Shown here: positions 1-10,278 of the stretch, one piece after another
Position numbering within the stretch: the stretch's first letter is position 1
Layout: every line of letters begins with the position of its first letter
Source: Candidatus Taylorbacteria bacterium RIFCSPHIGHO2_12_FULL_45_16
GTDB lineage: Bacteria; Patescibacteriota; Minisyncoccia; Phycocordibacterales; PALSA-1337
Assembly (NCBI GenBank): GCA_001821055.1
Contig: MHRT01000005.1
Span: forward strand, 109,533-154,377
Reading direction: 5' to 3'
DNA length: 44,845 nt
Position numbers and translations under genes: made by a program
Notes under the pieces: model-generated
What the model was told of the DNA's origin: nothing
Databases searched by the model: none
Seen by the model: only the letters and a program-made list of their open reading frames with translations

Positions 1-1
1 G

Positions 2-409
2 CCATTATTCACTGCCGTTTGGGAAGGCTTGCACTATACTGCGGTCATGGTTCGCGAAACTTCCGTGGGCTTATACACATTTGTCGCCAATATTTTTCAA
101 GGCACGGCCAACTTTTCTGATGTAGCCGGTCCGATCGGCATCGCGGGGATAGTCGGCAACGCGGCCGAACTTGGTTTTATTTATTTGATTATGATTACGG
201 CTCTCATCTCCATCAACCTTGGCGTAATCAATCTTATCCCATTTCCTGCGCTTGACGGCGGACGCACACTATTTGTACTAATTGAAGGCGTTATTCGTCG
301 GCGTATACCCATGAAGTTTACCAATACCGTCAACGCGGTTGGTTTTGCGCTCCTCATGCTCCTCATGGTCGTGGTGACCTATAAGGATGTGGTCAAGTTG
401 TTTAGGTAA
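2..409 (+). CDS. rseP: RIP/M50 membrane metalloprotease, C-terminal part (5'-truncated by window)
   Basis: GPIGIA and NLIPFPALDGG motifs with hydrophobic helices; lies upstream of proS. Confidence 0.9.
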   Translation, partial: PLFTAVWEGLHYTAVMVRETSVGLYTFVANIFQGTANFSDVAGPIGIAGIVGNAAELGFIYLIMITALISINLGVINLIPFPALDGGRTLFVLIEGVIRRRIPMKFTNTVNAVGFALLMLLMVVVTYKDVVKLFR

Positions 410-536
410 TTATTTCTTTGAATTGGCATTGTGATCTGGTGTTGATCGAAATAGTAATATAATCAATATAAAATCGGCATCTTGATGGAAATTTGCTAGT
501 GGCACTTTTCGCGATTATTCGCTATTATTACAACCA

Positions 537-1784
537 ATGAAACAATCCCATCTCTTCACCAAGACCCGCCACGAAGTGCCAAAAGATGAAGTTGCCAAGA
601 ATGCCCAGCTTCTGATTCGTGCCGGCTATATCAACAAAGAGATGTCTGGAGTTTATTCGTATCTGCCTCTGGGGTTGAGGGTGATGAATAAGGTGGTCAA
701 CATTATTCGTGAAGAGATGAACTCCATCGGTGGGCAGGAAGTGCATCTGGCAGCCTTGCAGGACAGAAAACTTTGGGAGGCGACTGGTCGTTGGGATGAT
801 TCTGTCGTGGACAATTGGTTCAAGACCAAGCTCAAGAATGGCGGTGATATCGGACTTGGATTCACCCACGAAGAGCCGCTCACAAATCTGATGAAGGATC
901 ATATTCGCTCATTTCGTGATTTACCGATTGCCGTCTATCAATTTCAAACCAAGTTCAGGAATGAAGAACGCGCCAAGTCCGGCATCATGCGTGCTCGGGA
1001 ATTCTTGATGAAGGATTTGTATTCTTTCAATGTGGATGAAAAATCTCATCAGGATTTTTATGAAGAAGCCAAGAAGGCTTACATAAGAGTTTTCGACCGG
1101 CTCGGGATCGGTGCGCAGACATACGTGACATTTGCCGCCGGCGGTTCATTTTCCAAATATTCGCATGAGTTCCAGACGATTACCGACGCCGGCGAGGATA
1201 TTATATATGTTCATAAAGACAAGAGATTGGCGGTAAACAGAGATGTCTTGAATGATGAAGTGCTAAAAGATCTGAGGATATCAAGGTCGGACCTCGAGGA
1301 AAACAAAGCTGTAGAAGTTGGCAACATTTTCAGTCTCGGCGCGAAGTTTTCTGACGCGCTTGGTTTAAATTACAAAGATGCTGAAGGGAAGTTGAGGCCG
1401 GTCATCATGGGCTCATATGGTATTGGTCCGGGACGTGTCATGGGTACGATTGCCGAATTGTGGTCCGACGACAAAGGTCTAGTCTGGCCGGAATCAGTTT
1501 CGCCGTTTGCCATTCATTTGATTGCCTTATTTGACTCTGAAGGTAAAGTTAAAAAAGTGACTGATGATTTGTATGAAAAATTAACCAAGAAAAGCGTGGA
1601 AGTTTTGTATGATGACCGAGAAGAAACTGCTGGGACGAAGTTTTCCGATTCTGATCTGATCGGTATTTCAAAAAGGATTGTAGTTAGTGAGAAGACGTTA
1701 AGAGAAAATTCAGTTGAGACAAAGGATAGAAGGACAGGAAAGGTTGAAATGGTGAAATCAATAAATGATCTGCTACTAGAATAG
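537..1784 (+). CDS. proS: prolyl-tRNA synthetase, short form without INS editing domain
   Basis: LLIRAGY, THEE, KFRNEERAKSGIMRAREFLMKDLYSF, MGSYGIG; C-terminal anticodon domain. Confidence 0.96.
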   Translation: MKQSHLFTKTRHEVPKDEVAKNAQLLIRAGYINKEMSGVYSYLPLGLRVMNKVVNIIREEMNSIGGQEVHLAALQDRKLWEATGRWDDSVVDNWFKTKLKNGGDIGLGFTHEEPLTNLMKDHIRSFRDLPIAVYQFQTKFRNEERAKSGIMRAREFLMKDLYSFNVDEKSHQDFYEEAKKAYIRVFDRLGIGAQTYVTFAAGGSFSKYSHEFQTITDAGEDIIYVHKDKRLAVNRDVLNDEVLKDLRISRSDLEENKAVEVGNIFSLGAKFSDALGLNYKDAEGKLRPVIMGSYGIGPGRVMGTIAELWSDDKGLVWPESVSPFAIHLIALFDSEGKVKKVTDDLYEKLTKKSVEVLYDDREETAGTKFSDSDLIGISKRIVVSEKTLRENSVETKDRRTGKVEMVKSINDLLLE

Positions 1785-1841
1785 CATGTATTAAATAATT
1801 TGTCAATTACCTGTTTTTTTTCTTTATGATACTCTTCAAGC

Positions 1842-2909
1842 ATGACTTTCAAAGAGAGAAAAGATCAGCTATTCAGCCGTTTTTCAAACGACATTGGCAT
1901 TGATCTTGGGACTGCCAACACTCTCGTCTATGTGCGGGGCAAGGGTATTGTGGTCAACGAACCATCTGTCGTTGCCGTCAACCAAAAGACCGGCCAAGTT
2001 GTAGCCGTCGGCCAAGTAGCCAAAGACATGCTCGGTCGGACACCGGCGCATATTGTTGCGGTTCGGCCACTCGTCGAAGGAGTTATTTCTGATTTTGAAG
2101 TCACCGAGGAAATGCTTTCATATCTCATGCAACGCGCTGGTGAATTTATGCCAAAAAAATTTCTCGGTCCTCGTGTCGTCGTCGGAGTTCCTTCAAGTGT
2201 GACTAATGTCGAAGTTCGCGCGGTTCGTGATGCCACCAAGAACGCTGGCGCGCGCGAAGTTTACATTGTCGAACAACCGATGGCCGGTGCCATCGGTATC
2301 CGTCTGCCTATCCACGATCCGGTCGGGAGCATGATCATAGATATCGGCGGCGGCACGACGGACATTGCCGTAATTTCTTTGGGTGGCATTGTCCGTTCAA
2401 AGAACATCAAAGTCGCCGGCGACAAACTTAACAACGACATTATTTCCTATATTCGAAATGAATTCAAAATTCTCATAGGTGAGACGACTGCGGAACAAGT
2501 GAAGAAAGATGTTGGCACGGTTATTTCAGGTGAGCCTCATGAGACAACCATTCGCGGCAGGGATCTCATTACGGGTCTTCCTCGCGAAGTGATAATCACG
2601 GATTCAGATATTCGTGAAGCAATAGGTCAATCTATTGACCTGTTACTGGAAGCAGCGAAAGAGGTTTTGGAGATAACGCCGCCGGAAATTCTTTCTGATG
2701 TCATGAAAAGAGGTATCCACTTAGTCGGAGGAGGGGCTCTCATCAATGGTCTTGACGCGTTGTTGTTCGAAATGCTCAATATACCCATAACTATCGCCGA
2801 AGATCCATTGACTGCCACCGCGCGAGGCGCCGGCATCATTTTGGAAGATTTGGAGAAATACCGTTCAGTGCTAATAGAAAGTGAAGATGATATACCTTCA
2901 AACTCATAA
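1842..2909 (+). CDS. mreB: rod shape-determining protein MreB
   Basis: DIGIDLGTANTLVY, EPSVVA, DIGGGTTD actin-fold motifs. Confidence 0.97.
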   Translation: MTFKERKDQLFSRFSNDIGIDLGTANTLVYVRGKGIVVNEPSVVAVNQKTGQVVAVGQVAKDMLGRTPAHIVAVRPLVEGVISDFEVTEEMLSYLMQRAGEFMPKKFLGPRVVVGVPSSVTNVEVRAVRDATKNAGAREVYIVEQPMAGAIGIRLPIHDPVGSMIIDIGGGTTDIAVISLGGIVRSKNIKVAGDKLNNDIISYIRNEFKILIGETTAEQVKKDVGTVISGEPHETTIRGRDLITGLPREVIITDSDIREAIGQSIDLLLEAAKEVLEITPPEILSDVMKRGIHLVGGGALINGLDALLFEMLNIPITIAEDPLTATARGAGIILEDLEKYRSVLIESEDDIPSNS

Positions 2910-3726
2910 ACATCCGCGCCGGTTTCTCAGGCAAATCCTTGGCCTGACGATTGTTCTGATCGTGGCGGCGGTGTCTGCCATACAATTTTTCACACCGCAC
3001 TTTTTGCCGAGTTTGTTCACGGCCGTAGCCCGACCATTTTGGCGCGTGGAATTTTCCATGAAAAGCGGTGCGCTTCATTCCATTGAGTCATTGTTGAATG
3101 AAAAAGAGCTTTTGATACGCCAATTGTCTGAAATCCGTGTTCGTCTTGACACTATTGAGGCGACTGAATTGGAAAATGTTGAGTTGAAAGCGCTTTTGGG
3201 GAGAGAGAGAGTATTTTCAACTGGAACATCTACGATTGAAACAACGACAAAGCTGGGGACTTTTGAAAAGAATGGGAACCTCGGTATCTTGGCGGCCGTT
3301 CTCAAACGTCCACCACTATTAGCATATGATGAAATAATCATAGATATCGGGCGTGATTATGATATCTCTACGAGCAGTTTAGTGTATGCCCCAGGCGATG
3401 TCCTGATTGGTCGAGTATTTGATGTGCTCACGACTACCGCCAAGGTCAAGTTTTTTTCTTCTCCCGGCGAATTATACCCTATCTCGATTGGACCGAAGCA
3501 TTCAGCCGCCACGGCGATCGGTCGTGGTGGTGGACAGTACGAAGCGCAAGTGTCTCGTGACATTGACGTGGAAGAAGGGGATTTTGTGCTCAATTCTGGT
3601 CTGAATGATAAACCATTCGGTTTTGTTTCCGCTGTGCTTCTTGATCCGACGCAACCGTTCAAAACTGTATTATTCGCGTCGCCGGTGAATATATATCAAC
3701 TGAGATGGGTCCTTATTAAGAAGTAG
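2887..3726 (+). CDS. mreC: rod shape-determining protein MreC
   Basis: N-terminal TM, coiled coil ending ENVELKALL, beta domain (IIIDIG, LIGRV); follows mreB. Confidence 0.88.
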   Translation: MIYLQTHKHPRRFLRQILGLTIVLIVAAVSAIQFFTPHFLPSLFTAVARPFWRVEFSMKSGALHSIESLLNEKELLIRQLSEIRVRLDTIEATELENVELKALLGRERVFSTGTSTIETTTKLGTFEKNGNLGILAAVLKRPPLLAYDEIIIDIGRDYDISTSSLVYAPGDVLIGRVFDVLTTTAKVKFFSSPGELYPISIGPKHSAATAIGRGGGQYEAQVSRDIDVEEGDFVLNSGLNDKPFGFVSAVLLDPTQPFKTVLFASPVNIYQLRWVLIKK

Positions 3727-3743
3727 GAGATTCAATATATATT

Positions 3744-4010
3744 ATGAATAAACGATTAATTCAAAGGATGATTCTGGATATGATAATCCTGATCTGTGTC
3801 ATCCACGCTTGGTGGTTTGTTGCGTTGCCGTTCATTTTCGTCGGCATGTGGAGATTCCCATTATTCGTGGAAATCATCATTGTCGGAATCATTTATGATT
3901 CTCTGTTCGGATTTTACCCCGAAATAGACATTTGGGGATATATTGGGACGATCTCTTCAGTCGCGATTTTTGGCATCATGTTTTTCATAAAAAAAATATT
4001 GAGGAGGTAA
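3744..4010 (+). CDS. small membrane protein in the MreD position
   Basis: 88 aa, hydrophobic, GIIYDSLFG resembles MreD; lies between mreC and pbp2. Confidence 0.55.
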   Translation: MNKRLIQRMILDMIILICVIHAWWFVALPFIFVGMWRFPLFVEIIIVGIIYDSLFGFYPEIDIWGYIGTISSVAIFGIMFFIKKILRR

Positions 4011-4064
4011 AGTCCTTATTCAGATTGATGTTTCAACATGAGATCCGTATGCTACTATTGATTC

Positions 4065-5801
4065 ATGTCATTTTTCTTAAAAAACTTCATGTTTTGGCGT
4101 TGGAATAGGAAGCGGCGGATTATTGAGATTGCTCCCGATGAAATCATGCTCGATTCGCGCAATCTGCCTGATTTTGACAGGGCGCAGTTCGAGGGGCGAT
4201 TGGAAAAACCGATTTCCAAATTGACTCTTTTTATGGTTGTGGGTGTATTTGGCGCATTGATGATAGTTTTTCTTGTCCAATCTTGGCATCTACAAATCAG
4301 GCTTGGCGAGGAATACTTGACGCGTAGCGAAAAAAATACTCTTCGCCCCATACCGATATTCGCTGGACGCGGAGTCTTACAAGACCGCGACGGCAGATTG
4401 TTGGCCTGGAATTCTCCGTCGCAAAAAGAAATGACGACTATCGTGGAAGACGCGGTTGCCATTCGCGAGTACGCGACATCAACTGGTTTGGCGCATATTC
4501 TCGGTTACGTGCAGTATCCATCAAAAGATAAAAATGGTTTTTATTATCAGGATGATTTTGAGGGAATAGCCGGCGCTGAAGAATATTTTAACGAAAGTCT
4601 GCAGGGGGTGAACGGTTCACGGCTTGTTGAGGTTGACGCTTTTGGCACCATCGTTTCAGAAAATGTTGTGCGTCGGCCGATACAGGGAAAATCAATCACA
4701 CTATCCATCGATAGCCGCGTACAATCCGCTCTTTACTACAACATAAAAGATATAGCCAGACGAGTTGGTTTTACAGGTGGCGCAGGTGTGATCATGGATG
4801 TCAATTCTGGAGAACTCATCGCTTTGACAAGTTACCCTGAATACAGCTCGCAAGTAATGTCCGATCGCAATGACACCGCTCAAGTCAAATCACTTCTCAC
4901 GAACCCCAGTCTACCGTTTTTGAATCGGGCGGTTGACGGGCTTTATACTCCCGGTTCTATCGTCAAACCCTATATTGCTCTCGGTGTTTTGGGCGAAAAT
5001 ATCATTGACCCTGCGACTGTTATCGTCACGACGGGATCAATTTCGATTCCGAATCCGTATGATCCGACAAAAAGCACTGTTTTCAAAGACTGGAAGAATA
5101 ACGGTTCGATCGATATGCTCCACGCCATTTCTGTGTCATCGGACGTCTATTTTTATATCGTCGGCGGTGGGTATAAAGATCAAAAAGGTTTGGGCATCGT
5201 GAACATAGACAAATATTTGCGATTGTTCGGTCTGGGTTCTAAAATACCAGAATCGTTTGCGCGTGGGAAAGCTGGAGTCATTCCGACCCCCGAATGGAAG
5301 AAAGCCACATTCAACGAAGATTGGTATATTGGAAATACATATCACACATCTATCGGTCAATATGGTTTTCAGGTGACATTGATACAAATAATCCGAGCCG
5401 TAGCAAGCTTGGCGAATAATGGTCTATTATTGGTGCCGAGCGTGACGAAAAACAGCGTGCCGCAGATAGAGAGGTCCATTGAAGAGATTCCAGATAAAAA
5501 TTTCGCAATTGTCCGTGAAGGCATGCGTCTCTCAGTAACTGAAGGCGTGGCGAAATCGCTCGATGTTCCATATGTGAAAGTGGCCGCGAAATCTGGAACG
5601 GCTGAACTTGGCGTGACAAAGGAAAAAGTCAACTCTTGGATTACGGGTTTTTGGCCGTATGAAAATCCGCGATATGCTTTTGTGGTGATGTTAGAGAGCG
5701 GCTCGGTTCACAATCTAGTGGGAGCGGCCGCGGCGATGAGACAACAATTGGATTGGATGAATGAGAATACGCCGGGATATTTCAACAAGGCCGAACCTTG
5801 A
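4065..5801 (+). CDS. mrdA: penicillin-binding protein 2 (class B transpeptidase)
   Basis: SxxK (PGSIVKP), SSD, KSGTAE; single N-terminal TM. Confidence 0.93.
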   Translation: MSFFLKNFMFWRWNRKRRIIEIAPDEIMLDSRNLPDFDRAQFEGRLEKPISKLTLFMVVGVFGALMIVFLVQSWHLQIRLGEEYLTRSEKNTLRPIPIFAGRGVLQDRDGRLLAWNSPSQKEMTTIVEDAVAIREYATSTGLAHILGYVQYPSKDKNGFYYQDDFEGIAGAEEYFNESLQGVNGSRLVEVDAFGTIVSENVVRRPIQGKSITLSIDSRVQSALYYNIKDIARRVGFTGGAGVIMDVNSGELIALTSYPEYSSQVMSDRNDTAQVKSLLTNPSLPFLNRAVDGLYTPGSIVKPYIALGVLGENIIDPATVIVTTGSISIPNPYDPTKSTVFKDWKNNGSIDMLHAISVSSDVYFYIVGGGYKDQKGLGIVNIDKYLRLFGLGSKIPESFARGKAGVIPTPEWKKATFNEDWYIGNTYHTSIGQYGFQVTLIQIIRAVASLANNGLLLVPSVTKNSVPQIERSIEEIPDKNFAIVREGMRLSVTEGVAKSLDVPYVKVAAKSGTAELGVTKEKVNSWITGFWPYENPRYAFVVMLESGSVHNLVGAAAAMRQQLDWMNENTPGYFNKAEP

Positions 5802-5899
5802 GGTTACCTGCGTTAAGGTCCGATCTTGCTTGAAATACCTCCCGCTGCAGTGCTACAATGGAACAATACAATCGCTTATTAACTAAGTGTTTTTATTTT

Positions 5900-6367
5900 A
5901 TGTCCACAGAAACTCAATATCTTACCAATGAAAAATTTGCTGAACTCACAAAGGAGTTGGAACATTTGAAGACCGTTAGACGAAAAGAAGTAGCCGATCA
6001 ACTTGAATATGCGAAAAAACTCGGTGATCTTTCGGAAAACGCGGAATATCATCAGGCGCGCGAAGATCAAGCTGAGATTGAGGACAGGATTGATAGACTT
6101 GAAAATTTACTCAAAAACGCGACCATCATGATTGCTGGTGGCAGTGATGTCGTGACCGTAGGCTCGACGATACGTTTGACCAAAGATGGCGAGAACAAAT
6201 CCTATCTTTACACCATTGTTGGTTCCGAAGAAGCGGATATGACTCAAGGAAAAGTTTCCAACATGTCGCCGTTGGGCTTGGCTCTTCTGGGACACAAGGT
6301 CAAGGATACAGTCAAAGTCACGACTCCAAAGGGCGTGGTCATTTACAACATTGCGGCAGTGAAATAA
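5900..6367 (+). CDS. greA: transcription elongation factor GreA
   Basis: GDLSENAEY; SPLGLALLG. Confidence 0.96.
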   Translation: MSTETQYLTNEKFAELTKELEHLKTVRRKEVADQLEYAKKLGDLSENAEYHQAREDQAEIEDRIDRLENLLKNATIMIAGGSDVVTVGSTIRLTKDGENKSYLYTIVGSEEADMTQGKVSNMSPLGLALLGHKVKDTVKVTTPKGVVIYNIAAVK

Positions 6368-6368
6368 G

Positions 6369-6489
6369 TGAAAAGTGCAACCCGTGAGTGAAGCGAACGG
6401 AGCCGTAGTCATATAACTGCAAAGTGCAAAGTTTAAAAGTACGACAACTACATAAATTTTCACTAAAACTTTGCAATTTGCACTTTTCA
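6369..6489. repeat. intergenic inverted repeat built from ~7-mer units
   Basis: tgaaaagtgcaa (6369-6380) pairs with ttgcacttttca (6478-6489); internal tgcaaag-type units. Confidence 0.65.
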
Positions 6490-6504
6490 TTGTAAACTTA
6501 CCTC

Positions 6505-7962
6505 ATGTCTTCAATAGATGAAATCCGCGCAACTCGTTTCGCCAAACTGGAACTTCTAAAAAATGCCGGCATGGAAGCCTATCCGGCCGAGGTTCCACGC
6601 GACCACTGTCTCAAAGATGCCAAAGCCAACTTTGTCGAGTACGAAAAATCACAGAAGCTGATCAATTTGGCTGGACGTCTTATGGCCATTCGCGGCCAAG
6701 GAGCGATTTTATTCGCGGTACTAGATGACGGCAAGGCGACATTCCAAGCAGTTATCAAGAAAGACGTTTTGGAACCAAAACTTTTTGATTTGTTTACAAC
6801 AGCCGTGGATATTGGCGATATAATAAGCGTCACTGGTACTTGTTTTACCACCCAAAGAGGTGAACAGAGTTTGCTGATCACTTCTTGGACCATGGCTTCA
6901 AAATCGCTCCTGCCTCTGCCAGAAAAATGGCATGGTCTGACGGACCCGGATGAAAAGTTCCGCAAACGGTATCTGGATTTTATTATGGATCCGGAGGCTC
7001 GAGAGATTTTCAAGAAAAAAGCTGCGTTTTGGGATGCAACCCGTAGGATTCTAAAAGAGGAGGGATTTCTAGAAGTTGAAACGCCGACTTTGGAAACAAC
7101 TACTGGCGGGGCTGAAGCAAAGCCATTCAAGACGCATCACAATGATTATGACATGGATGTTTATTTACGTATTTCGGTGGGGGAATTGTGGCAGAAACGC
7201 TTGATGGCTGGAGGTTTTCAAAGAACTTTTGAAATTGGTCGCATTTATCGCAATGAAGGCACCAGTCCGGAACATGCTCAGGAATTTACCAGCATGGAAT
7301 TTTATTCTTCATATATGTCTTTTGAGGAAGGGGTCGTTTTTAGTGAAAGACTGATCAAAGAAGTCATTCAAGAAGCATTTGGCACTCTCGAATTTGAGAT
7401 CAAAGGCACCAAAGTCAGTCTGGCAGAGGAATGGCCGAAGATTGATTATGTGGATACCGTAGAAAAAATGACTGGCATCAATGTGCTCAAAGCTTTGGAA
7501 AAGGATATGAAAGAAAAACTTCACGAACTGAAAGTTGAATATGAAGGTCTAAATCGCGAACGTCTTACCGATACCTTATGGAAATATTGTCGCAAGCAAA
7601 TAATAGGACCAGTATGGCTCATCAATGTTCCGAAGCTTGTTTCTCCTCTTTCCAAAATCAATTTGATGCGTCCTCATACAACACTCCGCGCCCAAATGAT
7701 ACTTGGGGGTTCGGAAATGACCAATGGTTTTGCGGAGTTGAATGATCCAGTAGATCAGAGGGAACGTTTTGATGTTCAAAATAAAATGATTGAAAAAGGT
7801 GATACCGAAGCTATGATGCCCGATTGGGAGTTTGTGGAGATGCTTGAGCACGCTATGCCACCAGCTTTCGGTTTTGCTTATGGTGAACGCCTTTTTGCGG
7901 TTCTAGCCGGCAAACCTCTCCGCGAAACGCAAATGTTTCCGCTGATGAAGCCGAAGAAATAA
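6505..7962 (+). CDS. lysS: lysyl-tRNA synthetase (class II)
   Basis: PLPEKWHGLTD, FRKRYLD, GGAEAKPFKTHHN, ELNDPVDQRERF. Confidence 0.97.
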   Translation: MSSIDEIRATRFAKLELLKNAGMEAYPAEVPRDHCLKDAKANFVEYEKSQKLINLAGRLMAIRGQGAILFAVLDDGKATFQAVIKKDVLEPKLFDLFTTAVDIGDIISVTGTCFTTQRGEQSLLITSWTMASKSLLPLPEKWHGLTDPDEKFRKRYLDFIMDPEAREIFKKKAAFWDATRRILKEEGFLEVETPTLETTTGGAEAKPFKTHHNDYDMDVYLRISVGELWQKRLMAGGFQRTFEIGRIYRNEGTSPEHAQEFTSMEFYSSYMSFEEGVVFSERLIKEVIQEAFGTLEFEIKGTKVSLAEEWPKIDYVDTVEKMTGINVLKALEKDMKEKLHELKVEYEGLNRERLTDTLWKYCRKQIIGPVWLINVPKLVSPLSKINLMRPHTTLRAQMILGGSEMTNGFAELNDPVDQRERFDVQNKMIEKGDTEAMMPDWEFVEMLEHAMPPAFGFAYGERLFAVLAGKPLRETQMFPLMKPKK

Positions 7963-7963
7963 C

Positions 7964-9073
7964 ATGTCCCTCTCTATCGGCATCGTCGGCCTACCAAACG
8001 TCGGTAAATCAACGCTATTTAACGCTCTTACCCGAAAGAGCGTGCTCGTGGCCAACTATCCTTTTGCCACGATAGATCCGTCAGTTGGTGTCGTAGCCGT
8101 GCCCGATGAACGTCTGTCTAAACTCTCGGCTTTTTCAAAGTCGGCAAAAACCGTTCCGGCAGCCATAGAATTTGTAGACATTGCCGGGTTGGTCAAGGGT
8201 GCATCCGATGGCGAGGGCCTAGGCAACCAATTCCTCACCAACATCCGCGAGACGGATGCTATCGCCGAGATAGTGCGCATTTTTGAAGATGATAATATTA
8301 TCCATGTGGATGGCAAGATCAACCCTCTAAAAGACATTGAAGTTATCAACTTGGAACTTATTTTGGCTGATCTGCAAACAGTGGCCAAGCGTCAGGCTAG
8401 TCTGGCCCGCGAGATCAAAGCCGGCAAAAAAGAGGCCATTATAGAAAATGGTTTGGTCGAAAAAATCATCACCTTATTAGAAGTCGGCAAGATGGCTTCA
8501 ACGGTTGTGGCAGATGAATTTGAAGCGCCTTTTTTGAAACAACTGCACCTGCTTACTTCAAAACCGTTCATGTATGTCTTGAATAAGAAGTCCGGCGGTA
8601 AAAATTTGGATGAACCTCGAGGTTTCACTTTGGATGAAAGATACCTAGCTCTAATGGCGTTTTTCAAAGAAAATAATGCCAAGTGGGTGATTGTGGATGC
8701 GGGCATCGAACATGAACTCAAAGATATTGATGACAAAGAAAAACAGGAACTTCGCGAGGTCCTAGGCTCCAAAGATGACGGCATCGATAACCTGATCAAA
8801 AAGGGTTACGAGCTTCTGAATCTGATTACCTACTTCACGACCGGAGTAGACGAATCCCGCGCCTGGACTATTATTCGCGGCTGGACTGCACCTGAAGCCG
8901 GCACGGCTATCCATAGTGATTTCAAAGATAAATTCATCCGCGCGGAAGTTATCGAGTGGGACAAGCTACTCGAATCCGGTTCATTTGCCACGGCGCGCGA
9001 GAAAGGTCTCTTGAGGACAGAAGGGAAGGAGTATGTAGTCAAGGATGGGGATGTGGTGGAGTTTAGAATCTAG
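7964..9073 (+). CDS. ychF: ribosome-associated ATPase YchF
   Basis: GIVGLPNVGKST, ANYPFATI, DIAGLVKGAS; C-terminus EGKEYVVKDGDVVEFRI. Confidence 0.97.
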   Translation: MSLSIGIVGLPNVGKSTLFNALTRKSVLVANYPFATIDPSVGVVAVPDERLSKLSAFSKSAKTVPAAIEFVDIAGLVKGASDGEGLGNQFLTNIRETDAIAEIVRIFEDDNIIHVDGKINPLKDIEVINLELILADLQTVAKRQASLAREIKAGKKEAIIENGLVEKIITLLEVGKMASTVVADEFEAPFLKQLHLLTSKPFMYVLNKKSGGKNLDEPRGFTLDERYLALMAFFKENNAKWVIVDAGIEHELKDIDDKEKQELREVLGSKDDGIDNLIKKGYELLNLITYFTTGVDESRAWTIIRGWTAPEAGTAIHSDFKDKFIRAEVIEWDKLLESGSFATAREKGLLRTEGKEYVVKDGDVVEFRI

Positions 9074-9086
9074 CCATAAAATTACT

Positions 9087-9347
9087 ATGAAATATATCCA
9101 AATAAAAACTGAAAATTTAGAATTCTATATTGAAATCGACGATCAAAGAATTGAAGTTAGAAAAGTTGAACTTGCAAACGAAGGATTACTCGGATTCGCA
9201 AGTAAAGATATTCAATTTCATGGAACGACTCTTGATCCAAAACCAATTCTCGAAAAGCATGATTTCAAAGAAACTCAAATTTCTAAAGAAGAATTTGAAC
9301 AGATTTGGGACCGTGCGATTCTGACTCAGAAGACGGTAGTGTCATAG
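9087..9347 (+). CDS. cassette 1: small acidic protein, DUF6881-like (possible immunity protein)
   Basis: 86 aa; YIEIDDQRIEVRKVE...GFAS...ISKEEFEQIW pattern; stop codon lies inside repeat 2. Confidence 0.6.
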   Translation: MKYIQIKTENLEFYIEIDDQRIEVRKVELANEGLLGFASKDIQFHGTTLDPKPILEKHDFKETQISKEEFEQIWDRAILTQKTVVS

Positions 9348-9387
9348 AGTTTAGGATTTGAGAAAATTGAGTTATAATAATTTCATC

Positions 9388-9819
9388 ATGGCGACATTAA
9401 AAGAAGATATCAAAACAGGTTCAAATTGGATTAGCGCAGCATTAAAATCATCAGGATATAAGGCTGACTTTTCTCTAAAGAGCTTGAAAGAAGTTGATAG
9501 ATTCTTTGATGAGCATTCCAAGGATGGAAAACCGACAGATGGTGGATTACTGTCAGAACAAATAGGAAATAGACTATTCTGTATTGGTTCCTATGTTGGA
9601 GAAGTTATTCGAAAGAAGATTGGTGGAGAATGGATTGTGAATGATTCTGATCCACAAGGTGAAATAAATATAACTCTAAAAACTACACACGGAACTCAGA
9701 TGTGGCCTGTCCAAAGAGTAATGAAAAGACTTCAAAATGGTGCAGAGGATTCAATTGCTGCATATGGGAGTTTTATTGGAACTGAAGACACGAAGAAACC
9801 ATTTTGGAAGTTTTGGTAA
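9388..9819 (+). CDS. cassette 2: hypothetical protein (immunity-like)
   Basis: 143 aa; DFSLKSLKEVD, IGSYVGEVIR, GGEW, C-terminal KKPFWKFW; TATAAT at 9373-9378. Confidence 0.7.
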   Translation: MATLKEDIKTGSNWISAALKSSGYKADFSLKSLKEVDRFFDEHSKDGKPTDGGLLSEQIGNRLFCIGSYVGEVIRKKIGGEWIVNDSDPQGEINITLKTTHGTQMWPVQRVMKRLQNGAEDSIAAYGSFIGTEDTKKPFWKFW

Positions 9820-9861
9820 CTTCTGAAGATGGTGGTGTCATAGAGTTTAGAATTTAGATAC

Positions 9862-9890
9862 TTGACAATAGCTACTATAAGGTGTATAAT
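9862..9890 (+). promoter_or_regulatory. consensus sigma70 promoter of cassette 3
   Basis: TTGACA-17 bp-TATAAT. Confidence 0.85.
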
Positions 9891-9901
9891 TATACAAGAT
9901 T

Positions 9902-10078
9902 ATGAAAAAAATTATATATCAAAACCATGAAGTTCAGCCTGGTGTCATCGTTGCTTTTTTGGAGGGAAATCCTTCAATAAAAGGCTTCGGGACCTCTGGC
10001 AGTGAGGCTGTTGGAAACCTCATTGAGATGCATCCCGATGTGTTTGGGATCGTCACTGAAAATCAAATTGAACACTAA
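9902..10078 (+). CDS. cassette 3: 58-aa protein, HicB-N-like
   Basis: Manually translated MKKIIYQNHEVQPGVIVAFLEGNPSIKGFGTSGSEAVGNLIEMHPDVFGIVTENQIEH; has its own promoter and terminator. Confidence 0.6.
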   Translation: MKKIIYQNHEVQPGVIVAFLEGNPSIKGFGTSGSEAVGNLIEMHPDVFGIVTENQIEH

Positions 10079-10100
10079 TCCTTAACCTACCACCAAGGTT

Positions 10101-10128
10101 AAAACCCACCTCGCGAGAGGTGGGTTTT
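10101..10128. terminator. intrinsic terminator, possibly bidirectional
   Basis: aaaacccacctc-gcga-gaggtgggtttt, perfect 12-bp stem. Confidence 0.85.
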
Positions 10129-10174
10129 CTGTTGGAAAAATACGGCAGTGTGATGGAGTTTAAGATTTAGGCAA

Positions 10175-10272
10175 CAAAAAACCCGCAGTTGCCCACGGGT
10201 TGCTTCTCAGAGAGAAGGTAAGACCTGTTTATTAGTCCGGAGAGCCAGGTCACATCCACTGATTCCAGATAT
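10175..10272 (-). ncRNA. cassette 4: candidate ~100-nt small RNA
   Basis: Minus-strand promoter, internal stems gacctg/caggtc and cttctc/gagaag, terminator acccgtgg-gcaa-ctgcgggt followed by a U tract. Confidence 0.55.
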
Positions 10273-10278
10273 GCTAAT

